From positions 43,464,001 through 43,528,000 of the forward strand of contig CM052817.1 in NCBI GenBank assembly GCA_028534125.1: DNA of 64,000 nt. Reading direction: 5' to 3'. This document shows, piece by piece, positions 36,145-49,424 of the stretch; within the stretch, counting starts at the first letter, position 1, and the number at the start of each line of letters is the position of its first letter. Made by a program: the position numbers and the translations under genes. Source of the stretch: Lama glama. Taxonomy: Eukaryota. Below the pieces are notes generated by a model, which worked only from the letters and a program-made list of their open reading frames with translations, searched no databases and was not told the DNA's origin.

Positions 36145-39100
36145 AATCTGATACATAATGAATACTTAGTGAAGCCATGCCCCCCTCTCTGCATCCCCTC
36201 AGCAGTTTCCTTATCAAAGGGCTTCATCTTTCATCTGGACACCGACAACCCCCTCCTAAAGGTCTTTCTGCCCCCAGTCTTGTCTTCTTCTGCCCAGTCT
36301 TCCACAGATCTTTTTGCAGAAATGTCATCATGATGCTTTTCTCTTTAAAAACCTTCAAGAGATGCCTACAGCCTGGATAACAAAGCATGCTCTCCTAAAC
36401 AGAGCATACAAAGGCCTTCATGACCTGCCCCTCTTCCTTCTGCTTCAGGTCCCAGCGCTCCCAGACTAGGGCTGCCTTCTACTTAACTCTTCGCCAGTGC
36501 CTGAGCAGAAAATATTCTTTGGCTTGTTTTCTGGAATGCTCTCACCTCTAAATTTCCAAACCCCTCTAACTCTTCCCTGTGTTTTCAAATCATCCCAGTT
36601 ATGACCTGTTCCAGAAAGCCTTCACTACCCACTAAACACACACACATACATGTTCTATCTAGCCTGGGTTAGGGTGCTGTCCCACAGGCTCATCTCATAT
36701 CCACAGCAATATCATACCCAACACATACCTCCTTCCTTTACTGCATGATACATTTTTTGAATGCAAGCACTGTATCTTATTTCTCCGGGCATTCCCAGAG
36801 ACTAGCACAGGGCCTAGTATGAAGTGTGTGCCTAATAAATGTTTGATGAAGCCATAAATGAATGAATGCATTAAAGTGCTACAAAGAGAATTGGGAGGGG
36901 TTTGGAAAGGGCATATATTTATTGAAAAAGTAAACTTTGAGTCAGTGCACTTCTCTGAAAGATCAACAACTGAAATGATTGGCCAAATTTTTCTGTAACA
37001 AATATTGATACACCATTCTCCAGTCAATGAAGGATTTCCAAGCACCGGACAATGGGTTACCTTACTTAAAGCCTTCATTTAATATACCTAATCTCAGGAC
37101 AGCCAACGTTTGTCCCTTCTAGCTTATTTTAGTGAGACTTGCTCTTCTAGGACTGGGGACTTGTCAATTAGCCTAGTCCCATGATTCTTTATTCCAGTGA
37201 TCTCTTATAAGCCTTAAAAATTAATGCAACTCCTAATCACCTAATTTACCATCAAAGAGGGCTCTGGACATTGGAGAGAACAGAGCTGATTAAAAATTAA
37301 ATTTTTCCAGTCTCCTTATATAAACATTTATTTATAAAATCTGCCCCAGCATAAAATTTTTAGGGTCCACTTACAGAATATGTTGGAAATAGAAAAGCCA
37401 TTATGAAGGATCAACTTTCTAATGCCCCTCTAACTGTAATCTCTCCTGACTCCAATCCATCTTCCACGCAGCTTGCAGATTTCCTGCTTGTGACATAGTC
37501 TTAGTCAATCACAGTTCTCCCCAAAACTCTCATGGCCCTATTGGCCACAAGATTCAGTCCAGAGTTTTCAACCCAGAACTTTGGGTTCCCTATACCCTGA
37601 TTCCAATCATTTCATCTAATATGCCTTAATTCAAACCATGCCTTCAGCCAAACCATGCCCTTGGACCACTCTCACTAGCCATGAATGGCCCACGTGTTCT
37701 CCCCCTGGGTCTGTCTCCTGCTAGAATCCACCTGACCTCTCTAACAGAATCCTAGCTATTCTTCAGGAAAAACTTTAGGTCCCACCTCCTCCACAACACT
37801 TTCCATACCTTTCACTTCTCCCTCCTCTGAACTCCTGCAGCCCATGCGGACTGTTGGTGTTATTATCCATAACTTGCTTTGTACTATTTGTTAACTGCAC
37901 TTGTGTCTTTGGTTCACCTCCTTAAGTAGAAGGAAACTCTGTGTCCCCTTCAAACAGCAACTCAGCACCTGTACTCAGTCGGTTCTCAATATATACCCAC
38001 TAATGAGCTCTAACCATGTCAGGAACCTTAGTTCTCACTGCAGCTGCTCCTTCGTATCCTAAAGTAAGAATGAGCAGCGGAGCTCAAGCTTAGCAACTAT
38101 TCACCAGTCAGACCCTGCCACTGCCGGATTCCCCTTCAAGAGTAGGTGCTAATGCCTCCCATTTGCCCACTTCCCCGGTCAGTTCTGACTACAACTGGCG
38201 GGACTAGCGATCGGCTCACACCCTACAGCTGTCGGGTATCTCATTAGTCTGGACTCTCCAAGCTTCTACTTTCCATTGTTCCTAAAATGCTTTGCGGTCT
38301 CTATGATTTGGTTTTGTCCTGAATCCCAGCATTTTTTGGCTGCAGCCCTGCTCTCGACAGTTCAGCTTCCTAGAGTATAGACCTGGGACCCCAATGTCTA
38401 GTCTCCAGCTAAGGTCATGTGCGAAAAGAATGGATCACCCAGACCATGGTGCCCCAGCTACACCTGAAGCGCTACCATTGGCTTGCTGTGCCCACACCCA
38501 CCAAACTGGATGGCTGAGACAGCAGTGTTGGCCCAGATGGCATGTGCCTGCTGGATACTATGATCTAGACAACTGGCCACACCTCCTCCCTACAGCCAGG
38601 TCATCCCTCCAGCATGCATCTAACCAGATCCAGCCAGATTCCCAGCTCTCCCTCTTGCCTCCCAGTCAAGCCCTTCAGAGCTGTGACAACAGCTTCTCCA
38701 GGCAAAGCTCTTCAAGTTTCTCCTACAATTTGGAGAAGTGGGTAGGGGTATATAATAACCCACTAGATTGTCAGCTCCTCTCTCCAGACTGTAAGCTTTT
38801 TAAGGGCAGAGTCATTGTTTTATTTGTCACTATTTTTTTTTTTTGTATTACGAGCATCTGACCATTAGCAGACACTCAAAGATACCTGTTGCATGAATAG
38901 ATGGCTGAAGACAAACACTGCATGGCTCCTTCATCATCTTCCAAATTCCAGGCTATTTTCCTAATTCATTTCTTTTTGAGATCTGAGTTCTAAACTGAGG
39001 AGGAAAAAGCCCATCTCCTGAAGCCACTGATCTACTTCTCGGTAAACCTCCCTAAATGTTTGTGCCTGGTACTGATGTCAAAGGTTCTCCACCACAGGAG

Positions 39101-39451
39101 ACAGTCTTCAGAGTGACTCTTTTGAAAATACTTCTTGTTGTCTTCAGCTGAAGGACACCACAGGGCCAGAAGGCACTGTTATCACGACTTTAATCTCCAC
39201 TAATATGAGGTTCTAAGTCTTTTCAGGAATTGCAAGAGTGTTATTAGAAGATTCTACTTGAAACCACACATATTTACTAAATATCTGATAGGAAGCAGTG
39301 AAGTGAATTTCCAGGCAGGAGACCAATGACTCCCACAAGAGAGCTCTTAATCTGATGACAAAGGACAAGCACAGGAGCCCTCAGAGGCCGGGCAAGAAGA
39401 ACGTGAGAGGATGGCGGTTGATTCCTGAGACTGAGAAGGGGTCACACTCAC

Positions 39452-39595
39452 CGGCACAGTAGCCCACGAGGTTGAGGAACTGCTCCTCCTGACAGCTGGT
39501 CCTGCAGCTCCCGCCGGCCAGAGTGCCGTGAGGGTGACAGGAGATGCAGTCAGATCCCGACGGGCCGTGGCACTGCCTGCAGGTTGGGTAGCATT
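39452..39595 (-). CDS. FRAS1: FRAS1 exon (approx. exon 20), 144 nt, furin-like repeat (absent from the ORF track)
   Basis: Acceptor CCAG, donor GTGAGT. Hand translation: ECYPTCRQCHGPSGSDCISCHPHGTLAGGSCRTSCQEEQFLNLVGYCA. Confidence 0.94.
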
Positions 39596-41901
39596 CTGGG
39601 GGGCAAAACGAGAACCAAGATTGGAATTAGCAGCTCAGCATGTAAATACATGAAGTGTTTCATTGACTCCACAGATTACTTTAAGAGCAGACTTCAAACA
39701 CTCATCATCTTTTGAAGACTCCTGAGTAAGCCTGACATAGCCTTAGGCCTGACTGCAGGACGGCCTCTCTGATGTTAGTGAAAACACGGTCCGGAACAGA
39801 ACATGGAAGCTAGAAGCATCAGAATTAGAGGAACCGACTGCATGGGCTGACCATCCCCACCTATGCAAGTAAGGAAGTTCACATCAAAATCACAGAGCAG
39901 AAGAGCACGTGGTAGGGCTCTCCCTCTCTAAAATACAGCGATTCCAAGAGCGGGACAGGGAGACGGGGGAGATGCTTTGCTTCTCAGAAATTCCTGGCAG
40001 GCCCAGGGGGAACCGGACACAGCAGAGGAAATGGAAACTTCTCGCTAGAGTCAGATGCCAGCAGGGCTCTCCCTGAGGCCACAACTTGGATGCTGGTTTT
40101 AGCAGCGACACTTAATTAAAATACAAAGAACCGAAAAAGCCCTCCTTCTGGAGGTTATCAGGAGCTGTGTTTGAAATTCAATTCCTTAGACAACACTGCA
40201 TCCAAGCTATGTTTTCCCCCAGAAAAACGACCAAATTACTCAGAAGTCCTACACTGAAATGAGCCGTGAGTCACAGTGGGGGCAGGCGAGAAAGACAAGG
40301 GTGGACGGCAGAGAGGAACGGGAGGCTATGGCTGCAGCGACACTTGTGCCGCCGGGCAGGAGGCAGCGGCAGGCGCAGGGAAGGAGATTTAAGGATTTCT
40401 CTGCCAAGGATGACGAGGTCTAAGCATGTCTGATTCCATGAGGAGGGGAAGGGAGGGACCAGAGCTGGGTAGAGCTTGCTGGAAAGAACTGATGACAAAG
40501 AATTCCCTTCTGGCACAGAGCTGGTGGGAAGGAAAGGCAGGATTTCGAGTAAAGTCAACTGCTTCTCACTTCTGCTGGCGGGAGGCCAAGAGAAGATAAG
40601 GCGTTATATTAAAAAAAAAAAAAAAGAGAGAGCAAGAAAGTGAACTGATTAGAAGGCTAGCAGGAACCCCTCCTACATTCCTGAGGCTCTTAACTTTGCA
40701 AACGCCTGTCCAAAAGATACTGGCATCCTCGGGATGGTCCCACCGCCCAGTGCTTTCCTCCCTGCCAGAATATTTCCAGTGACCTTGGCGCCCTGCCGCT
40801 TGAGGTACCACCCATCTGCTGGCTTCACACAGGTAGAGGCATGGACAGAGGAGAGTCAGAGCTTACTCAGACTTTTCTCCCTGAAACAGTTTTCCATACA
40901 CAAAAACCAACTGGGGGAGGGTGAGAGCACATATGACAGAGCCCTGTTTTCCAGGACAACCCCAGTGACAGAGAAACCAGGAATGCTCCCCACTGAGCTT
41001 GAGTGAGTGTTTCAAGTAAAGCAACCCATGAGGGACCTACAGAGATTAAAAGGCCACTTGGAAGAAGAAAATTCCAGGAAAAATATAATATTGCTCTTCC
41101 ATTGCCCAAATTTGTGTTCACGTTAAATTCCCTCTTTGGAGTTTGAGGCTAGATGAATCTAACAAGTCTTCATTCATTTCAAAAATAGTTTCTACATTTA
41201 TGACATGTTTTCCAACTCCAGAAATACATGTCAAACCATTTCTTAACAAGGGGCTTCTTCCTATAAGCTGGCCTCAACAGTCTGTTTTTAGAAACAAAAC
41301 CGTGATCATGATAGACTGTGTTTTGTCTTTTCCTTTTTTTCTGTAGATATGAGAAAACACAGTGCTACAATGACGTGCTCAAATTTTAGTCTTTTGTCAA
41401 TTCCAATAAAACCCTGTACTAATCTGAACTAGTAATTTCTAGAATCTCTGTCACTGAACTACAAAGGTGCTCTTAAAAACATACTGGACTGACATGTCAA
41501 GGAAAGGAAGAAATACCTCTCTCTCCTTTTGCTCTATTGGGCTGTACCCAGGGGAAGTGGGGCTGAGAATGGCAGAGGCCACGCCAGATGCCTGATCCCT
41601 CACAAATACACTAGGCCCTGCAGTAGCTCAGCTGCGTGACGATCACCGTCAAATCCGTCCTGCGCTGTACACGTAGTTCAAGCCGATTCTAACTTTTCAC
41701 TTCATCCATACTGCCATATCGGAAGAACAGAATTTCACTTGCTCCCTCACTCTGTCCTTTTACTTCTGCAAGTTCAAGACAAGGATTTACAGCCCAGCCC
41801 TAGACCGCTGGTATGACAGGGTTTCTAATTACGGAGGCTGGCTGCATTATGAAGACAAAACACGGGCACAGGGCATGTGCGCTGGCGCATTACACACTCA
41901 C

Positions 41902-42042
41902 CTGTACAACTGCCTTCCTGGTTAAAGTATCCATCTGGGCACTGGGGGAGGCACTGCCCATCCAACAGCACATGGGAAGACCTGCAGGCCGTGCAGTTAT
42001 GGGAGCTCTTCCCTACACACCCCAAACAGGATTGGTGGCACT
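41902..42042 (-). CDS. FRAS1: FRAS1 exon (approx. exon 19), 141 nt, furin-like repeat
   Basis: Polypyrimidine tract plus CCAG acceptor, donor GTGAGT. Encodes ECHQSCLGCVGKSSHNCTACRSSHVLLDGQCLPQCPDGYFNQEGSCT. Confidence 0.95.
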
Positions 42043-44899
42043 CTGGAAGAAAGAGAAAGCAGAGGGCACAATCAGGAAAGCCACCATTCAACAACTGCAG
42101 TAGCTCCATCTCTCCCGTGGACATTCCCGCATGGGCGTAAGTTCTGCACATTTGCTCAGTTTTCCCAAGGCCAGGGCACACATCTCACATACTTCTCCCT
42201 CAAGGACATGTCCTACACAGCAGGCATCTGCAGAACCCAGATTAAGTAAGGCATAAATGCTGCAAAACAGAAATAATCCTTTGCAGAATCATCCATTTCT
42301 TTCTTCCCATGTTCCCATTCTCGGAGAATGTCAAATAAAGAACAAGAAGTCATAAAACAGGTCTCTTTCCCTCAAGAGAGCCCCCCCCCCACCATCACGG
42401 TCGATGTGCGCTGATCAGGCTGCTCAGGTTAAAGAGAAAGGTGATGGAAGCCCTATTTATTGATTCCACAAAGGTTTATACGGTGCCCACTCTCTGATGG
42501 AGACCGGACATACACAGGTGAGAACTGTCGAACATTTTGAGCTTCTCAATTTAGCTGCATCCACAGGCACACAAGCAAGGGTAACAAACTACCTTTCCAA
42601 TGGCAACTGTCTCCTGATCTGTTGGCTTCACCACACTTGAATAATCTTAACACCTACCATTTGAAATAGCCAGTCATTCACCTCCATTCATTCATTCCTT
42701 CATATGTTACTGAGCCTCAGGTAGGTCTAGGTGCTGGGGAAACAACCATGAGCAAGACAATGACCTGGTTCGTACCCATGTGGATGACCCCATGCATTTC
42801 AGGCCACCTTCTGTCCAATGCACAAGCTCCACTGACCGCAGAGGCACCACTCTCAGCCTCCTCTTCCCTTCCTCTGACCCTTCCATCAAATACCCAGAGG
42901 ACTTAGAGACCAGCAGCTTAGAAGAACCAGATGGGATTTTCCATCACTGAGGTCTCCATTTCCACCAACCCTCAACAGAAACGTAAATTTCAACCTGGGA
43001 TTTATGTGGGGCTGACATAAGCTAGGATGTCCTGCTCCAGCAGTACTGGTTGTTGAAGTACTGGTTAAACTCCTGGTATATAGCTGGTGTCTGACTGCTG
43101 TCCTAAACTCTCTGGTGCTCCCTGCAGCCCTGGCTGCACCCTAGTACCCTGCCTTATCCATAACCCAGCACCTAAAGGTTTAACACCTCTACCAGGAAGC
43201 CTCCAGGACCCTGCTCCTGAGCTAAGGCCAGTACCCACTTGGATCGGGCCTCACTGCAGTACACCCTACCTTACTGGTTGATAAATATTTTGATCATCAT
43301 CCCAGGATACGCCATAGAGCTCTATATCTATTTCACAGTACTTATTCCTCTATGAAAAACAGAACCAGAGCTCCAAGTTCTAAAATAATTCCCCCTCCTT
43401 TCCTTTTTTTTTTTTAGATTGCCTTGTTAACAGCTCTGTTCGCACAAGTCACAGGAATTTTTTCCCAAGTATTTTCAGAATCACTGAGAAAACATTTCCT
43501 CTCTTTGAGAAACAGAATAGGTGAACAAATATTATTATAAAAGAAGGGTACACATTATCTCATTATTCAAAGCAAGTTTAACACAAAATGAAACAGCATG
43601 TACTAGAAAGTCAGGTGGCAATATTTCAAAAAACAGCTAAATTATATTGTCAACACAGGGCTTTCCAGCATGATTTGGGGAAGCAACATACTTCTACATA
43701 CTTCAATATATTTATGATAATACCAATGTGTTCCTATCAGACTTTACAAGACTGTTAAAATCCCTAGCTCTTCCTGTTACACCTCCCTGATAAATAGGAA
43801 ATCAAAGCGTATCACTGTGGAATTGAAAGCCGGGAGAAGATGAATAAATGCATTGTGGGCACACAACTTACTTTATTTCATTCCATTTGGTCACAAAATC
43901 AATGTGATAACCTGACTCAGTGTGAATAAAGGTTATTATTGAATTACAGAAAACAAGAAAGCAATGAGGACAAATGAGTTGAAAGGTTGTTCGGCCAAGA
44001 ATTCCAGGAGAAAGTCCCTTTGCCACCCACTAGCTTTTAGAAATGAGCCTCACTGAACATCTCCACGACAGATTTCAGAATGGCCTTCATTGGAAACATA
44101 GTATAAGAACCAAGTAGATACTGAGCTAGCTAGTGGCCGTGTGGTACAGAGGAAAAGGATATGTTGGGTGACCATCCTCTGTAAGCACTTTTTTCTCTGT
44201 AATTCTCTATGTCTGTAACTACAGGCATCTGCATCTTTAAAACACACACATGAAACTTCAATTCTGTGCTGATTTTGTCTACACTATTTCAGTGACTTTT
44301 ATGAGGGTCTGTCATTCTATGGAAGCTGATTTCACAGCAGAAGTTCTGGTTTGAAGTCTAAGATCCTTCAAGGAAGACTAACTCCATTACAGGGCATATA
44401 TGGAAGAGATTTGAAATAAAAAGTCCTATGAATAATTTCTCCACGTAATACTATGTTTTTAGAGAGTGGTTTTCCAGTTGATGGCTGAGTATATTTCTGA
44501 AAAAGCATAACTGAGCTGCTTAAGCACTAAAAGTGCCAGCACTAAAAGTGTCCTTAGATGGTTGTAAATTCCAGTCAACCTGACTCCAGTAAAAATTTTA
44601 CCTAAAACAATTAAAACAGATCATTTTTTTGTTCATTCTATTTTCTATTTAAATTTCAGGTGATGAACACTACTACTTCTTTTTTCTTTTTAATAACACA
44701 AAAAGTGGGCCAGCATCCCTATCTTCATATCATGTAAAAATTCCTGGCTTTTCATGTCAAAACAATTTTTGAGGTAGACGTCTCCTGAATTATGATGTAA
44801 ACATCAAAATCCTCCTCTAGGACATGCAGTAGGGATAGTGTGATAAAGGATGAGCACTGAAATGAATGAAGTTAAATAAAATCACTCCCCTCCTTTTGC

Positions 44900-45030
44900 T
44901 CACTCTTCTTTTCCTTCTTTTCTTTTCTCTCTCTTTTCTTTTCTTTTTTTTCCTTTTCTTTTCTTTTCTTTTCTTTTCTTCTCTCTCTCTCTCTCCCGGC
45001 CCTCTCCCCCTTCTCTTTCTCTTTTTTTTT
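44900..45030. repeat. Polypyrimidine (TTTTC)n/(CT)n low-complexity tract
   Basis: Directly visible. Confidence 0.9.
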
Positions 45031-45269
45031 AATGAAAATGATTTAATTTACCTCCCCACCTGCTACTAGATTCGGAACCCTTTAAGAGTAAAAAATCTCA
45101 CCTTCTCCATCTCTGTGATTCCCACAGTATCTGTCATAGTCCCTGTCCCTGGCATGTCACACGTTCTCAATAAATGAGTTTCTGCTAACTGAATGGGGGG
45201 GGGGCAGGTAGGAGGGTCAGTGGGTGGGTGGGTGGATGGAAACACTGACAGCACACTTCTAGGTCTCCT

Positions 45270-46440
45270 TTCTCTTTGATCATTTCTTTTCAGCCCTTCT
45301 CTGTTCATGTCATGAATGGAGGAGCTTCCCCAAATTGCACCCTCTGCTCTTCCTCTTCTCACTCTTGGGCAAACTTAGTCATAGCATTAATGATGACCTC
45401 CATGCAGGAGAGTCTACAGCTCTGACTTTTACCCTGAATCCTAATCACACAAACCTAACCATCTCGAGGATATCTCTATTTGGTGTTTCATTGGTATCTC
45501 ATATTCCTAATTCCCCCAGTACCACCATTATCCACTCCCAAGCTCAGCTGCTGCCTACTTACTGTAAATTATGACATCACATTCCTTCCGTCCAAACTGT
45601 ATTCAGTGTCCACCCCCAACCTCACATCCTACCGCCAACCTGGTCCTTCTTTTGTATTCCCTGGCTCACCTGTTACCTCACCATTCACCAAGTCACTCAT
45701 GGCAAAAACCCTAGACTTCCATTTTTCCATCACCACAACACATCTAAGATAAGCCGATTTTTACTTCTTAAATCTCTGTCAAATCTATCTCAATTTAACT
45801 GTCCCTGTGATCTTTCCTGCAGACCTTTGACATCACCCATGATGTGGGTTAGTGCAGCAGCTTCCTGGCCAGCCCCACTCCGTTTCTCCCCACTTACCTG
45901 CCACACAACCACCAGATAGATCGCTACAAAATGCAAACTGACCAACTTATTCTACTTAAAATCTTTTAATGGTTCTCCAAAACCAATAGTGTCAACTTGA
46001 AACTCCTTAGCACAGTGCACACCAGCACTTCATGACATGACTCACCCCCATGTCTCCAGTATCACTCCCTACAATTCACTGTTTTGGACTTTATATCACA
46101 GGAATACCAAATGCATGGTACTTCTCCAAACATGCCATGCCTTTGCACTTGCTGCTTCCCTGTCCCGGAATGCCCGTTTCCACCTTCTTGCTTGGTGAGC
46201 TCCCACTGACCTTCAACAGCATGATGGTGTAGCTTTCCCCCTGCACATTTCTCCGCATACCCTCTCCCCAGACAGTCTCCTTTGCACTCTTCTTGCATTT
46301 TGTGTCTACTGTCATTACAACATGCATCATGTTCTTTCAATCACTTGTTCAGATGTCAGACTCCCCTACATCATCACGCTTTCCTGAAGGCATGGTCTAT
46401 ATCTTTTTCATCTTTCTATTCCCAAAGCCTAGCACACCCA
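45270..46440 (+). mobile_element. L2 LINE remnant
   Basis: Long C/T-rich L2-like body ('cctttgcacttgctgcttccctgtcccggaatgccc') ending 'ttcctgaaggcatggtctat...cctagcacac'. Confidence 0.6.
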
Positions 46441-46824
46441 AGCTATCAAAGCAAGAAGGGGAAAGTGAAGAAGACTGAACATTTCCAGAAGGCATGCATT
46501 TGTACAACTTATGTCAGCACTCTAGGGACTACATTAAGGAATGTTGCCTAATAGAAATGCCAAGTATCTTATTCAATTAATGCAAGGGAATCCCAACTTC
46601 ATAAATAGTAACGTACTCAAACAGAGGATGACGACTCCTGCCCATTTATTTCTTTAATTAAAATTCTGTGCCTTAAGGCCTTTGGTGAATTTTAGGAACA
46701 ACTACATAGATCAAAATACCACAATATACTTTATTTCTTCCTATTCACCTAAAGCAAGTTCATTAATTAACCGAATTTCTCATTTAAAAAAGGGAATTTC
46801 TCATTTAAAAAAGAAACTGTCATT

Positions 46825-48216
46825 CTGGTCCAAGATGGCAACATAGGAGGCTCCTGAGTTCACTTTGTCCCACAATCACACCAAATCTACAGCTATACAT
46901 CGTACGGTTCCCTCTGAAAGGAATCCAGAAATTGGCTGAGTGACTCCTACAGGTTAAGTAAGTTTGAAAAAAAAGAAAAAAAAACATCAAAATGGACAGG
47001 AAAGGCTGAGACAATCTTGCCACAAACCCTACCCCTGGAACAGCAACATACAGTCAGGTGGGAACTCACAATGCCCCGCTTCTCCCCGAGGAGTGAAGGA
47101 TTTGAATCTAACATCTAGAACCCTAAATTTAGGACTTCTGTCTTGGAAATGGGCCCCCAAAACTCTAAGCCAATGAAGCAAAAATTCAAAGCCAGTGGGG
47201 CTTGACTCCAGAAGACCTGTAGGACTAGAGCATACAAAGACATAGCTCTTCACAGGCTCTCTAAGATTTGTGGTGGTTATCGCCCAGGGCTCGGCGCAGA
47301 GGCATCGGTCAGAAACGCCCATCTCCCAGTCTTTTCCTGAAAGAAACATATTTGCCTATATGAAAAGCTGCAGCCTGAGGGTCAGGCTTCTGCTTTTACA
47401 CACACATAGAGGCTGAGTGCCTGCTAGTCTTTTCTGAGACCTGGGAGGTGGGAGGATACCGTCTGGTGCCCTGGCTTTTTCCGCTGCTGCCCAGAGGACA
47501 CACCCCTAGATGACTATGGTGATTAAGCAGGGTTTGAGTCTGTGGGTTCTGTGGGATTGTAGCAAACAGTGGAACAGTTCTTAACCAGCTGTCACCCCAG
47601 GGCTCAGCGCAGAGGGCGTGGACAGGAACACCCATCTCCCAGTCTTTCTCTGAAGAGGTTCACTTGCACACTTTAGAAGCTGCTGCCTGAGGGTCTGGCT
47701 CCAATCAGCCAACATCTAGGTGCTGACTAAGATCCTCCCCTTTGGGATGGGGTCTTGGCACACCCTCAACTACTGGGAGCCACTGAGAACAAAGGATGTG
47801 GCTTGGATAATCACAAATGTTGCAGAGACAACCAAGAGCAAGAGCTGGGCTGAATATTGACGTACCGACAACAGATGGGTGATTGCTGGGGGGTGGGTGG
47901 GAATAAGAGGAGGGGAAATGAGTGAAGTGGTCAAAATGCACAAAATTCTAGTTATGAGATAAGTTTGGGGGGAATGTAATATACAGCATGGTGACCATAG
48001 TCAACAATACTGTACTGTTTATTTGAAAGTTGCTAAGAGAGTACATCTTAAAAGTTCTCAACACAGGAAAAAAATTGCAACTCTGTGAGGTGAAGGATGT
48101 CAACTAAACTTAATGTGGGAATCATTTTGCAATATAAATATATCAAATCATTATGTTGTATGCCTTAAACTAATACAATGTGATATGTCAATTATATCTC
48201 AATAAAACTGGAAAAA
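46825..48216 (+). mobile_element. L1 derivative: 5' UTR (about 46825-47861) fused directly to an L1MA9-like 3' UTR (47862-48216), with no ORF1 or ORF2
   Basis: Starts with the L1 5' motif 'caagatggc' (YY1 core). 3' part 'cagcatggtgaccatagtcaacaatactgta...gaaagttgctaagagagta...caattatatctcaataaaactggaaaaaa'. Confidence 0.8.
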
Positions 48217-49084
48217 AGATAATAAATCTGTATTGATTTTGTGCAATTTTGCCCTATGAAGTAAGACCCGCCTAAAGAGGCAATACTATCTTCAACAGAA
48301 AAAGAAGGCTTGGAAAAATTTAGTTGCAAAAATTTCCCTGATGTTTCCCTGACCAAAGAAAGTTCTGTGACATTCAAAGTACAATGAAAAGGCAGCGATG
48401 CAGGGATGGGGGCAACTGGGATGTTTATTGCCTCTGCATTCTTGCTTGAACCACAGTGTTTCTACTGACATAATACATTAGAAGATACGTAGGTAACATT
48501 CATTATTGCACAACAGAGTTCATTTTAAAAATAAAACTTGTAATTTCCTCAAAATTATATTATCTTGAACTCTCTTGCTGAACTTTGTGGGAATTGAAAA
48601 AAAAATCCATCATTAATTTGCCACAGAATCGGGGCAATTACGAGGCTAATCTAATCATCCTGACCATGTTCATAGCCCATCCTGCTCTACCACTGCCAAA
48701 CTGTTGATTGAGCTGGATTGAGCAATGGTGATTGAGCTGGAGCATTAATTGAGATGGACTGGCCTGAAATTAAATTGTTAAGCTCCAGTGTGAAATGCAG
48801 AAAAAGAGATCTCGGCTCGGGAAGGAAACATTTCCTGAGCAACTATGCTCTCTATTAGCGCCTGGATCCCCCATTGCTAGGTTATTCTTAAGTTAGTTCT
48901 TTCTAAGCCTCACTGTTTTCACCTATAAAATGGGAGTAAATATAAACTCACAGAATTTCCAATAAAATTGAGTTGTAAAAAATTTATGAACTATAAAGTG
49001 ATTTATATGTTTTTATGTAAATAATTATAAGAATCTATGCTAAAAGATTAAAAGAGGTAATCTCAAGATAGAAGGGTTATAAGT

Positions 49085-49256
49085 AGGATTTACATTTAAA
49101 ATAAAGGATAAGTTAAGTTTAGTTTGAAATAAACAATAAAAAATATTTTAGAATATCTCAGGTAATATGTGGGACATACTAAACATTTTTTTTTATTTGC
49201 TAAATATTTTAATTTCCTAATCCTATATTTTTATTTGCTAAATCTGGGTAAACCTA
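49085..49256. mobile_element. Degraded MER53-like hAT MITE
   Basis: End 'tttttatttgctaaatctgggtaaaccta' mirrors the start of the MER53-like copy at 57105. Confidence 0.55.
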
Positions 49257-49424
49257 GTAATCTATGTTTTTGTTTTCTTTATCTGGATTTTTTTAAGTTT
49301 CTGTAATACATAAAATGCATGCTGCGAGAAGAAATAAAAATTGGGATTTTTTTTTAACTGTTAGAAACAAGTATGCAGGTGATAAAGTGACACATTAGTC
49401 CTTCTTTAATTAGAGGCTTTGCTT

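Larger units (their letters stand above)
35160..36870 (+). mobile_element. L2 element interrupted by a MADE2-like MITE and an LTR
   Basis: L2-like text on both sides of the inserts, ending 'agcacagggcctagtatgaagtgtgtgcctaataaatgtttgatgaa...aatgaatgaatg'. Confidence 0.6.

Noticed and set aside
38280..38720. Possible old LTR, and the 155-aa ORF at 38394-38861
   Set aside because: I could not fix termini or a family from the sequence alone, and the ORF has no domain signature.
42204..42214. Palindromic p53/p63 half-site GGACATGTCC
   Set aside because: There is no second half-site at the required spacing, and single 10-mers are expected by chance in 64 kb.
44866..45069. Signal-peptide-like hydrophobic ORF
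   Set aside because: Translation of the (TTTTC)n/(CT)n low-complexity tract.
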